Shown here: positions 19,390 to 28,032 of the stretch, one piece after another
How the letters are laid out: every line of letters starts with the position of its first letter
Position numbering within the stretch: position 1 is the stretch's first letter
NCBI GenBank assembly: GCA_032153965.1
Contig: JALDYL010000007.1
Location: 172 to 64,171, forward strand
DNA: 64,000 nucleotides
DNA from: Achromobacter sp.
Lineage (GTDB): Bacteria > Pseudomonadota > Gammaproteobacteria > Burkholderiales > Burkholderiaceae_B
Direction of reading: 5' to 3'
Program-made: the position numbers and the translations under genes
The notes under the pieces: generated by a model
Told to the model about the DNA's origin: nothing
Seen by the model: only the letters and a program-made list of their open reading frames with translations
Databases searched by the model: none

Positions 19390-20283
19390 ATGCGTGAAAT
19401 CAGCCTGGACCGCCTGCGCACCCTGGTCGCCATCGCCGATCTGGGCTCATTCGCCGACGCGGCTCGCGCCTTGCATCTGGCCCCGCCCACCGTCAGCCTG
19501 CACGTGGCCGACCTGGAGGCGCGCATCGGCGCGCCGCTGCTCACACGCAAGCGCGGCCAGGTGCGCCCCACCGCCATCGGCGAAACCCTGCTGGAACGCG
19601 CGCGCCGCCTGCTGGCCGAGGCCGACCAGGCGCTGGACGACGTGCAGCGGCAGGTGCAGGGGCTGGCCGGACGCGTGCGGCTGGGCGCCTCCACCGGCGC
19701 CATCGCCCATCTGCTGCCGCAGGCCCTGGAAACGCTGGGGCGCAACCATCCCGGCATCGACGTGCAGGTGGCCGTGCTGACTTCGCAGGAAACCTTGCTG
19801 CGCCTGGCCGACGGCTCGCTGGACGTAGGCCTGGTGGCCCTGCCCCAGCCGCCGCTGGAAGGCCTGGTGCTGCGCCCCTGGCGGCGCGACCCGGTCGTGG
19901 CCTTCCTGCCCGCGGGCTGGAAGGCGCCCGCGCGCCTGACGCCGGCCTGGCTGGCCGAACGGCCGCTGATCCTGAACGACGCCAGCACGCGGCTGTCGCG
20001 CCTGACGGGAGAATGGTTCGCGGCGGCGGGCCTGAATCCGCGCGCCCGTATCCAGCTGAACTACAACGACGCCATCAAGAGCCTGGTGGCCGCGGGCTAC
20101 GGCGCCACGCTGCTGCCGCACGAGGCCACCGCGCCGCAGCCGGATCCGCGCATCGAGATGCGCGCGCTGCGGCCCGCGCTATGGCGCCCGCTGGGCATCG
20201 CGCACCGCGCCGGGCAAGTGGAACAAGCCACCCAGCACGTGCTGGACGTATTGTGGGAGCTGCGCGCCTCACCCGCCCGTTGA
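19390..20283 (+). CDS. LysR-family regulator
   Basis: [21 protein letters not shown]; 3' end overlaps the convergent ClC gene by 15 nt. Confidence 0.92.
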   Translation: MREISLDRLRTLVAIADLGSFADAARALHLAPPTVSLHVADLEARIGAPLLTRKRGQVRPTAIGETLLERARRLLAEADQALDDVQRQVQGLAGRVRLGASTGAIAHLLPQALETLGRNHPGIDVQVAVLTSQETLLRLADGSLDVGLVALPQPPLEGLVLRPWRRDPVVAFLPAGWKAPARLTPAWLAERPLILNDASTRLSRLTGEWFAAAGLNPRARIQLNYNDAIKSLVAAGYGATLLPHEATAPQPDPRIEMRALRPALWRPLGIAHRAGQVEQATQHVLDVLWELRASPAR

Positions 20284-22056
20284 GGGCGTGCGGCGGAAAT
20301 ACGCGGTGCGCTGGCTTTCCTCGCGCAGCCGGCGCGCGCGCGAGCGGAACAGGTCCTTGCGTCCCACGATGCCCACCAGCCGGCCGTTGGCCCGGTCCAG
20401 GATGGGTACGCGGCCCGCGCCGGTCAGCGCCATGCGGTCGGCGATCTGGCTGGCCAGTTCCTCGGGATGGCCGTACACCAGGTCGCGGCCTTGCAACGCT
20501 TCGGCCAGGGTGCGCCCGGTCTGCTCGTCGTCGATGGCCCAGGCCAGCGTGTCGGCGCGCGTGACTTCGCCCACCACCGCGCCTGCGGCATCCAGCACCG
20601 GATAGCTGGTGTGCACCGGCTGCGCCGTCGTGAAATGCGCAATGGCCTGCGCCACCGTCCAGTCGGCCGGCAGGGTCTGAACCGGCGAGGTCATCACCTG
20701 GCTGACCCGCAGCAGGTCGAAGGGGTCCACGCGGTACTCGCGGCTGATGTGGTGCCCGCGCCGCGCGATCTTCTCGGTCAGAATGGAGCGCTTGAGCAGC
20801 AGCACCGTCATCCCATACGCGAACACGCAGGCCGCCAATACCGGCAGCAGCGCGCCCATGTCGCCGGTCAGTTCCACCGCGAACAGGGTCGCCGTCAGCG
20901 GCGCGCGCATGGTGCCGCCCATCATCGCCGCCATGCCCAGCAGCGCCCAGAAGCCCGGATCGGCCTGCGGCAGCAGCGGCGTGGCCAGCGCGCCCAGCGC
21001 ACCGCCGAATATCAGCAGCGGCGCCAGCACGCCGCCCGAGGTTCCCGAGCCCAGCGCCACGGACCAGATGATGACCTTGACCGCCAGAAGCAGCAGCACG
21101 GCCTGGAATGCCAGGTCGCCCGCCAGCAAGTGGCGGATGTTGTCATAGCCCACGCCTAGCGCCGCCGGTTCGATCAGCCCGCCCAGGCCGATGACCAGCC
21201 CGCCAAAGGCCGGCCACCACATCCAATGCAGCGGCAGTTTCTCGAACAGGTCCTCGGCGGCATAGACCATGGACGTCAGCACGCCCGATCCCAGCCCTGC
21301 CAGCACGCCCACGGCGGCGCAGGCCAGCAGATGCGCGGGCGTGAACGCCAGCGAACCCGAATAGGCGAATATCGGTCCGCCATCCAGCACGAAGGCGCGC
21401 GTGGCCGCGGCCACCAGCGCGGCCATCGCCACCGGCAGGAAGCTGCGCGGCTTCCATTCGAACAGCAGCAGTTCGACCGCCAGCAGCACCGCCGCCAATG
21501 GCGTGGCGAAGATGGCCGTCATGCCCGCGGCAGCGCCGGCCACCAGCAGGGTCTTGCGCTCGCCGTCGTCCAGGTGGATGGTCTGCGCCAGCAGCGAGCC
21601 GATGGCGCCGCCCGTCATGATGATGGGCCCCTCGGCCCCGAACGGGCCGCCCGTGCCGATGGAGATGGCGGACGACACCGGCTTTAGCACGGCCACCTTG
21701 GGCTGGATGCGGCTCTTGCCGATCAGGATGGCCTCCATCGCTTCCGGAATCCCATGGCCGCGGATCTTTTCCGAACCGTAGCGCGCCATGAAGCCGATGA
21801 TGAGGCAGCCCACCACCGGAATGGCCACCGAGGCCAGGCCCAGATGGCCTGTCGTGATGGGCTGATCCTCGAAGGAGAACTGATGGTGGTAGGCCAGATT
21901 GGTGCAGAGCGCGATCAGGCGCAGCAAGGCCCAGGCTGCGGCCACGCTGGCCAGCCCGACCGGAATGGCCAGACCCATGAGCAGGACCACGCGTTTGTCC
22001 GTGGTGAAGTCGCCCAGGCGCAGCGCGGCCCGGGCGGAGGAAGAAGTGGGAGGCAT
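20269..22056 (-). CDS. ClC-family chloride channel/transporter with C-terminal CBS pair
   Basis: GHGIPE, GAEGP, GAAAG, SGGVLAP; CBS domains after RVSQVMT. Confidence 0.92.
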   Translation of the reverse strand: MPPTSSSARAALRLGDFTTDKRVVLLMGLAIPVGLASVAAAWALLRLIALCTNLAYHHQFSFEDQPITTGHLGLASVAIPVVGCLIIGFMARYGSEKIRGHGIPEAMEAILIGKSRIQPKVAVLKPVSSAISIGTGGPFGAEGPIIMTGGAIGSLLAQTIHLDDGERKTLLVAGAAAGMTAIFATPLAAVLLAVELLLFEWKPRSFLPVAMAALVAAATRAFVLDGGPIFAYSGSLAFTPAHLLACAAVGVLAGLGSGVLTSMVYAAEDLFEKLPLHWMWWPAFGGLVIGLGGLIEPAALGVGYDNIRHLLAGDLAFQAVLLLLAVKVIIWSVALGSGTSGGVLAPLLIFGGALGALATPLLPQADPGFWALLGMAAMMGGTMRAPLTATLFAVELTGDMGALLPVLAACVFAYGMTVLLLKRSILTEKIARRGHHISREYRVDPFDLLRVSQVMTSPVQTLPADWTVAQAIAHFTTAQPVHTSYPVLDAAGAVVGEVTRADTLAWAIDDEQTGRTLAEALQGRDLVYGHPEELASQIADRMALTGAGRVPILDRANGRLVGIVGRKDLFRSRARRLREESQRTAYFRRTPSTGG

Positions 22057-22098
22057 GTTCGAAGAGAGGAAGAATTCCGCAGGGATTTGCGAAATGTC

Positions 22099-22123
22099 AT
22101 ATATATCGTATCACGACATATAT
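22099..22123. promoter_or_regulatory. Candidate MarR operator 1 (clc/marR divergent promoter)
   Basis: ATATATATCGT-ATC-ACGACATATAT, 11-bp arms with one mismatch. Confidence 0.65.
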
Positions 22124-22136
22124 TAGAATCGCCCAG

Positions 22137-22589
22137 GTGAAACAGCCCCCACCCCCTACCCAGTTGACCGCCACGGACTACGAACTGCTGGCCGACTTCC
22201 GCTATGCGTTGCGGCGCTTCGCCGCGTTCAGCGAAAACGCCGCCGCCGGCCTGGACCTGATGCCGCAACAGCACCAGGCCCTGCTCGCCATCAAGGGCAC
22301 CCGCAAGAGCGCCCCCGGCCGCCGCGGCCTATACGTGGGCGAGATCGCCGAACGCCTCTTGATCCGGCCCCACACCGCCGCCGAACTGGTGGGCCGCCTG
22401 GCGCGCCTGGACCTGGTCAGCCGTGAAGCCGATCCCGAGGACGGCCGCCGAGTCGAGGTCGTGCTGACCGCCCGCGCCGAACGCATGCTCGAAGACCTGT
22501 CGGCCTCGCACCTGGAAGAACTGCGCGCCATGCGTCCATTGCTCACGCGCCTGCTCACGCGCATCGGCGACGACTCCGGCAGCGCCTGA
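22137..22589 (+). CDS. MarR-family regulator
   Basis: wHTH; DPEDGRRVEVVLT signature. Confidence 0.9.
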   Translation: MKQPPPPTQLTATDYELLADFRYALRRFAAFSENAAAGLDLMPQQHQALLAIKGTRKSAPGRRGLYVGEIAERLLIRPHTAAELVGRLARLDLVSREADPEDGRRVEVVLTARAERMLEDLSASHLEELRAMRPLLTRLLTRIGDDSGSA

Positions 22590-22643
22590 ACCGTGCTCTG
22601 CTGCATAAGCTTATGCAGCACAGCTTTGCCCCGCGTGATAAAT

Positions 22644-22661
22644 TGTCGCCCCGCGACATAT
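22644..22661. promoter_or_regulatory. Candidate MarR operator 2 upstream of the HPP gene
   Basis: TGTCGC-CCC-GCGACA-TAT; same 3-bp spacer and CGACATAT arm as operator 1. Confidence 0.55.
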
Positions 22662-22681
22662 CGATGCGCGAGGAGATCGTT

Positions 22682-23842
22682 TTGGGTGTAGCAATCAAGC
22701 GCTGGCTGGGCTCGTTCGCGCCAGCGCCGGTGGGCGTCAACGGACGCGAGAAACTGTACGGCGCGCTGGGCGCGCTGCTCGGCCTGTTCTGCACGGAATG
22801 GGTGGGCCGCCACGCGCTGGGCGACGCCAGCCCCTGGTTCATCGCCCCCATGGGCGCGTCGGCCGTGCTGCTGTTCGCCGCCCCCGCCAGTCCGCTCGCC
22901 CAGCCCTGGTCCATCATGGCCGGCAATCTGGTCTCGGCCCTGATCGGCGTGTTCTGCGCCCAGTTCATCCCCGTGCCCGGCGTGGCCGCCGCCGCGGCGG
23001 TGGCCCTGGCCATCGGCGCCATGTTCTCATTGCGCTGCCTGCATCCGCCCAGCGGCGCGGTGGCGCTGACCGCGGTGCTGGGCGGCCCTACGGTCGCCAG
23101 CCTGGGTTATGGCTTCGCGCTCTGGCCCGTGGCCTTGAATTCCGCCATCCTGCTGTGCATCGCCGTGGTCTTCAATGGCGCGCTCAAGCGCAACTACCCG
23201 CGCCGCCACGCCGACCCGGCCGCGGGCCACAACACCCGCGACCTCGCTCCCAGCGCCCGCCTGGGCTTCAGCCTGGCCGACCTGGACGCAGCGCTCACGC
23301 AGCGCGGCGAACTGCTGGACATCAGCAAGGAAGACTTGGAAGAAATCGTCCTGGCCGCGGAAATGCGCGCCAGCGTGCGCCGCTTCGGCGACGTGCATTG
23401 CGCCGACATCATGTCGCGCGACGTGGTCACGGTGCAGGCGCAGGACCCGCTGGACTACGCCGTGCGCCTGTTCGACAAGCACCGCCTGCAGGCCCTGCCG
23501 GTGCTGGATTCGGTCGGCCGCTACGCCGGCATGGTCAGCCAGGGCGACGTGCTGGCGCGCCGCACCCGGCTGGCGGCCGTCGCCGTCGACGCGGACGCCG
23601 CGCCCGACCTGCTGGTGGCCGACTGCATGCGCAGCGAAGTTCCCTTCGCCACCCCCGGTCTGCCCGTCATCGAACTGGCGCGCCCGATGTCCGACAGCCT
23701 GCATTGCGTGCCGGTGCTGGATGAAGCGCGCAACCTGGTGGGACTGGTGACGCAATCGGACCTGGTGGCGGCGCTGTACCAGATCGCGCTCGCGGCCAGC
23801 TCGCAGGCGCCGGACCCGGACGCCCAGAAGCTGGCGGCCTGA
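22682..23842 (+). CDS. HPP-family membrane protein with CBS pair
   Basis: APMGASAVLLF..P.SPLAQPW, LHPPSGA; two CBS domains; TTG start chosen after GAGGAG RBS. Confidence 0.88.
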   Translation: MGVAIKRWLGSFAPAPVGVNGREKLYGALGALLGLFCTEWVGRHALGDASPWFIAPMGASAVLLFAAPASPLAQPWSIMAGNLVSALIGVFCAQFIPVPGVAAAAAVALAIGAMFSLRCLHPPSGAVALTAVLGGPTVASLGYGFALWPVALNSAILLCIAVVFNGALKRNYPRRHADPAAGHNTRDLAPSARLGFSLADLDAALTQRGELLDISKEDLEEIVLAAEMRASVRRFGDVHCADIMSRDVVTVQAQDPLDYAVRLFDKHRLQALPVLDSVGRYAGMVSQGDVLARRTRLAAVAVDADAAPDLLVADCMRSEVPFATPGLPVIELARPMSDSLHCVPVLDEARNLVGLVTQSDLVAALYQIALAASSQAPDPDAQKLAA

Positions 23843-23849
23843 GCGCCAG

Positions 23850-23868
23850 CCCTCCGTAGCCCTACGGA
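23850..23868. promoter_or_regulatory. 7-2-7 palindrome upstream of the sensor kinase (candidate response-regulator site)
   Basis: CCCTCCGTAGCCCTACGGA; TCCGTAG-CC-CTACGGA; identical 19-mer at 25980-25998. Confidence 0.7.
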
Positions 23869-23905
23869 TTCCTGCCCGCGCCGGCCGCAAGGCATAATTT
23901 CAGGC

Positions 23906-25339
23906 GTGAATCCCCTATCGCGCGCTCGCGCCTTCTTCTGCTGGCTGGTCCTGTTCGCCCTCGGCGCCTTCTGGATCGGGCGGCAGGACTATGTGGACCA
24001 GTACGAACGCTTCACCCAGAGCACCAGCGTGGCTCAGCGCATGCTGAGCCAGAAGACGGTGCAGCATGAAGCCGTGCTGGCGACCCTGGCCGCCCTGTCC
24101 CATCCCCCCGCTCCGGAACGCCTGTATCCCAGCCTGCGGCCGGCCATGCCGCAGTTGCAGGGGCTGGGCTACCTGCCTGGCGGCGCCTGGTCCGGCAGCG
24201 TGGCGGAACCTGCCGGCCTTGGGGCCGCCGTTGAACGCGCGCGCAGCCTGGGCCGGCCGGTGACGCTGCCGGTGGACCAGGCCCGCTACTGGCTGGTGGC
24301 CCCTTCGGGCTGGAGCCTGCTGCTGGACGCCAGCCAGCTGGTGCCTGCGGCCGACTTTCCTGCCGGCCTGGCCAACCTGAGCCTGACCGTCAACCAGACG
24401 CCGCTACCCCTCCTGGACAAGCAGCCGGACGCCGCCGTCCTCGGCTGGCCGCTGGCCCTGCAAAAACCGCTGGGCGCGGCCAGCCAGCCCTTCCAGATGC
24501 GCAGCGCGCGCAAGCTGACCCCGAACGCCTGGCCCTGGGCCACCTGGCTGGCCTGGGGCCTGGCCAGCGCGCTGCTGGTGGCCGGCGCCGCAGCCTGGCA
24601 GCGTTCGCGCGCCCAGGCCCGCCGCCAGCAGGAACAGCTGCGCCTGGGCGCCATGGCTCGCCTGAGCACGCTGGGCGAAATGGCGGCGGGGATCGCCCAC
24701 GAGCTGAACCAGCCGCTGACCGCCATCCTGGCCCAGACCCGCGCCGCCGAGCGGCTGCTGGACGACGAAGAGGAACGCCCCGCCGTGCGCCACGCGCTGT
24801 TGGCCAGCGCCGAACAGGCCAAGCGCGCGGCCGACATCATCAGCCGCATGCGCGCCCTGGTGCAGCCCAGTTCGCCCACGCGGCGCGTGGCGCTGGATCC
24901 CGACGCGCTGGTGACGTCGCTGCGCTTTCTGCGCGAAGCGGAACTGGCGCGGCTGGGCATACGGCTGAGCTGGCACAACGCCAGCCCCGGCGCGCGTCCG
25001 CTGGGCGACCGCGTGGCCCTGGAGCAGATCCTGCACAACCTGGTGCAGAACGCCGCCGACGCGCTGGCCGACGTTGCCGGGCCGCGCCAGATCGCGCTGG
25101 AAGGCCGCGCCGACGGCGACGACTACCTGTTCAGCGTCAGCGACACCGGCCCCGGCATCGCCGCCGACGCGCTGCCGCGCCTGTTCGCCCCCTTCTACAC
25201 CACGCGGCCGCAAGGCATGGGCCTGGGACTGGCGCTGTGCGAAACGCTGGCCGGTTCCATGGACGGCCGCATTGCCGCGCGCAACCTCAGCCCGGCAGGC
25301 GCCTGCTTCACGGTAAGCCTGCCGCGCGCCGCCGCATGA
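23906..25339 (+). CDS. Membrane sensor histidine kinase
   Basis: Two TM segments; GEMAAGIAHELNQPL H-box, NLVQNA, DTGPG, PFYTT, GMGLGL. Confidence 0.92.
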   Translation: MNPLSRARAFFCWLVLFALGAFWIGRQDYVDQYERFTQSTSVAQRMLSQKTVQHEAVLATLAALSHPPAPERLYPSLRPAMPQLQGLGYLPGGAWSGSVAEPAGLGAAVERARSLGRPVTLPVDQARYWLVAPSGWSLLLDASQLVPAADFPAGLANLSLTVNQTPLPLLDKQPDAAVLGWPLALQKPLGAASQPFQMRSARKLTPNAWPWATWLAWGLASALLVAGAAAWQRSRAQARRQQEQLRLGAMARLSTLGEMAAGIAHELNQPLTAILAQTRAAERLLDDEEERPAVRHALLASAEQAKRAADIISRMRALVQPSSPTRRVALDPDALVTSLRFLREAELARLGIRLSWHNASPGARPLGDRVALEQILHNLVQNAADALADVAGPRQIALEGRADGDDYLFSVSDTGPGIAADALPRLFAPFYTTRPQGMGLGLALCETLAGSMDGRIAARNLSPAGACFTVSLPRAAA

Positions 25340-25965
25340 CGACGCAGGAATCTCCCATGTTCGAACAATCCCCGCTGGTCTATCTGGTCGACGACGACGA
25401 CGCCGTGCGCGACGGCCTGGCGCTGCTGCTGCGCAGCGTCGGCCTGCGCAGCGAGGGCCACGGCGATCCGCTGGCCTTCCTGGCCCAGCTGCATCCGCAG
25501 GCCATCGGCTGCGTGGTCCTGGACATCCGCATGCCCGGCATCAGCGGCCTGGACGTGCTGAGCCGGCTGGCCGAGCAATCCGACCTGCCCGTGGTCATGC
25601 TGACCGGCCACGCCAACGTGGACCTGTGCCGCCGCGCGTTCAAGGGCGGCGCCATGGAATTCCTGCAAAAGCCGGTGGACGACGACGTCTTCCTGGACGC
25701 CGTGCAGGCGGCCGTGCGCACCCACATCGCCAGCCGCGAAAAGCTCGCCGTGACCCAGGCCGCGCAGGAACGGCTGGACAAATTGTCCGGGCGCGAGCGC
25801 GACGTGCTGGAACGCATCGTCCAGGGCCTGAGCAACAAGGAGATCGCACGCGAATTCGACCTGTCGCCGCGCACCGTCGAAACCTACCGCGCCAACGTCT
25901 TCGCCAAGCTGGAAGCGGAAAACCTGGCCGGACTGATCCGCGAGTACGCGGGGCTGCTGGGCTAG
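25336..25965 (+). CDS. FixJ/LuxR-family response regulator
   Basis: LVDDD, LDIRMPG, FLQKP, LS.RERDVL...GLSNKEIA...LSPRTVE; ATGA overlap with the kinase. Confidence 0.93.
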   Translation: MTTQESPMFEQSPLVYLVDDDDAVRDGLALLLRSVGLRSEGHGDPLAFLAQLHPQAIGCVVLDIRMPGISGLDVLSRLAEQSDLPVVMLTGHANVDLCRRAFKGGAMEFLQKPVDDDVFLDAVQAAVRTHIASREKLAVTQAAQERLDKLSGRERDVLERIVQGLSNKEIAREFDLSPRTVETYRANVFAKLEAENLAGLIREYAGLLG

Positions 25966-25979
25966 GACTTGCACAGGGA

Positions 25980-26020
25980 CCCTCCGTAGCCCTACGGAGG
26001 CCCCAGCGTAGCCGACCGAA
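25980..26020. promoter_or_regulatory. 7-2-7 palindrome plus a degenerate copy upstream of the GlcG/HbpS gene
   Basis: CCTCCGTAG-CC-CTACGGAGG at 25981-26000; AGCGTAGCCGACCGAA (10/16 match) 22 bp downstream. Confidence 0.7.
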
Positions 26021-26085
26021 TACCGCCGATCGGGCGCCCTCTTTAATCTGTCTGTTCCCGTCACCGACCCACGAAGGACACAGAC

Positions 26086-26571
26086 ATGTCGCCCAAATTC
26101 ATCGCTTTCGCCGCCCTGTTCGCCTGCGCCGGTGCCGCCAACGCCGCCGTGCTCAACGAGAGCAACCTGTCCATGGCCGACGCGCAGAAGCTGGCCACGG
26201 CCACCGTCGCCGCCTGCCAGGCCAAGGGCTACAACGTGAGCGCCTCGGTGGTGGACCGCGCCGGCCTGCTCAAGGCTTTCGCCCGCGCCGACAATGCCGG
26301 CCCCCACACCGTCGAAGCCAGCCGCGCCAAGGCGTACACCGCCGCATCTGCCAAGACCCCGACGCTGACGATGCTGGAAAACGTACAGAAGAACCCGGCC
26401 GCGGCCACCCTGACCGACATTCCGGGCTTCCTGGTGCTGGGCGGCGGCGTTCCCGTCAAGGCCGGTTCGGCCGTGATCGGCGCCATCGGCGTGGCCGGCG
26501 CCCCCGGCGGCAATCTCGACGCGCAATGCGCCGACACCGCCCTGCAAGAGAACGCCGCGCTGTTCAAGTAA
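26086..26571 (+). CDS. Exported GlcG/HbpS-family heme-binding protein
   Basis: Signal peptide; VVDR.G, AGPHT, KAYTA, GGGVP...IGAIGVAGAPGG..D..CA. Confidence 0.9.
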   Translation: MSPKFIAFAALFACAGAANAAVLNESNLSMADAQKLATATVAACQAKGYNVSASVVDRAGLLKAFARADNAGPHTVEASRAKAYTAASAKTPTLTMLENVQKNPAAATLTDIPGFLVLGGGVPVKAGSAVIGAIGVAGAPGGNLDAQCADTALQENAALFK

Positions 26572-26636
26572 ACCGCTGCCGGCCGGGGCGCGGCGCGTTT
26601 GCCGCGCCGGCGGCATCGCGGTAGGCTTGGGGCGCC

Positions 26637-28007
26637 ATGCCCCAGCCTCCCTCCCTGTCCCTGCTCGACGCCGTCTTGCGCCGCACCGCCCGGCGCTATC
26701 GCGTGCCGGCCGTTTCCAAGATAGCTGTCGAGGGCGCCCTGCCCGCCACCGCGCTGGCCGTCGCCATCGAACAGGCCCGCCTGTCGCTTGAAACCGGCGC
26801 CCCGCCGCCCGCCATCAAACAGGCCTTTCTCGATGCCCTGGCGCGCCTGATCCGCGACGCCATGCGCGAGTCCGACGGCGATCCCGTGTTCCAGGCCATG
26901 CTGCTGCGCCACCGCCTGCCGCTGGTGCGCGAGTATGCCTCCCTGGCCGCGCGCGCAGCGCAAGACCGCCGCGAGATCATCGCCGCCGCCAACGCCATCG
27001 CCCATCCCGCCAAGGTCGAACGCATGCCCGCAGGTCCGGCGCGCGACGCCATGGCGGCCTTGCAAGCGGCGGCGGCCTCGGAGTCATGGACGGCGCTGCC
27101 CGCGGCCGCGCGCCGTCTTCTGGGCCTGCCAGGCGACGCGCAGCCAGCCTGCGCGGCCCTCGAGCGGCTGCTCGCCAGCCCGGCGCTGGAGCATCTGCAA
27201 CGGCTGAACATCCTGGCCTGCGACAGCGACGTGCGCCGCTACCGCGCCTTGTGGGAACGGCAAGGCCCTCGCCCGGGCAGCGCCACCGCCCTCGCCGAGG
27301 GCAACGCGTCCCGGCTGCGCGGCGACGCCGTCGAGGCGCAGGCCCTGCATGCGCTCCAAGCCCTGGCCAGCCGTCTCAACGACGCCGATGGCGGCAAGGT
27401 CTACCAGGCCGTGTCCTCCATGCGCGTGCCGCCTTCGATGCCCGCCAACGCCGACCGCGCCAAGACCGAATGGGATGCCGCGCTGCTGCGCCGCGCTCAC
27501 TCCGATGGCGCGCCGCCGGCCTGGGATCCGTGCCTGCTGCTCGAAGCCAAAGCCTCGGCCGACGCCGCCGCCACCGACTTCCCGCGCCTGTTGCGAGGGC
27601 TGCGCCTCCTGGCGCAGGCCGATGCGCGGACCCACTACCCCTTCAGCACGCGCCAGGGCCTGTTCCCCCTGCGCGGCGCGGCGTTATGCGCGCTGCCCGC
27701 CGAAGGCCCGCGCCTCGAAACCACCGTGCTCTATTTCTGCGACGGTCCGGCCGACGCGATCCCGCGCCTGCTCAGCGCCGCCAGCCGCATGCAGCTGCTG
27801 TCGGCACAGCCCAGCCTGGAGTATGCCGACCGCCTGGCCCAGGGCCTGGCCACAGCCCCGGAAACCCTGGAGCCGGCCTGGCAGCTGCTGCTGCAATCGG
27901 CGCAATGGAGCGGCGTGCTGCAGCAGTACCCGACGCTATGCCAGGCGCGCGAACTGATGGTGCACCCGGATGACCTGATGGCCGCGATCGAAGGCGCCAC
28001 GGCCTGA
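26637..28007 (+). CDS. Hypothetical protein with PD-(D/E)xK nuclease-like motif
   Basis: 456-aa ORF filling the gap between neighbours; G..VE / EWD / LLEAK motif order. Confidence 0.65.
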   Translation: MPQPPSLSLLDAVLRRTARRYRVPAVSKIAVEGALPATALAVAIEQARLSLETGAPPPAIKQAFLDALARLIRDAMRESDGDPVFQAMLLRHRLPLVREYASLAARAAQDRREIIAAANAIAHPAKVERMPAGPARDAMAALQAAAASESWTALPAAARRLLGLPGDAQPACAALERLLASPALEHLQRLNILACDSDVRRYRALWERQGPRPGSATALAEGNASRLRGDAVEAQALHALQALASRLNDADGGKVYQAVSSMRVPPSMPANADRAKTEWDAALLRRAHSDGAPPAWDPCLLLEAKASADAAATDFPRLLRGLRLLAQADARTHYPFSTRQGLFPLRGAALCALPAEGPRLETTVLYFCDGPADAIPRLLSAASRMQLLSAQPSLEYADRLAQGLATAPETLEPAWQLLLQSAQWSGVLQQYPTLCQARELMVHPDDLMAAIEGATA

Positions 28008-28032
28008 AACCCGCAGGCGCCGGCCGATCAGG

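Noticed and set aside
18327-19988. Apparent 553-aa ArgC with a long N-terminal extension
   Set aside because: The extension is the antisense of the LysR gene; ArgC homology begins at ATG 19259
22613-22681. N-terminal extension of the HPP protein in the ORF track
   Set aside because: Contains the candidate MarR operator and a GAGGAG RBS pointing to TTG 22682
23850-26000. The two 19-bp repeats as transposon ends, CRISPR repeats or terminators
   Set aside because: Only two copies 2.1 kb apart, no transposase or cas genes, no U-tract; both sit just upstream of -10-like elements, which fits operators better
26637-28007. DAHP synthase label, which I recall (unverified) being attached to similar proteins
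   Set aside because: No DAHP synthase motifs (KPRT/S, IGAR) are visible in the sequence
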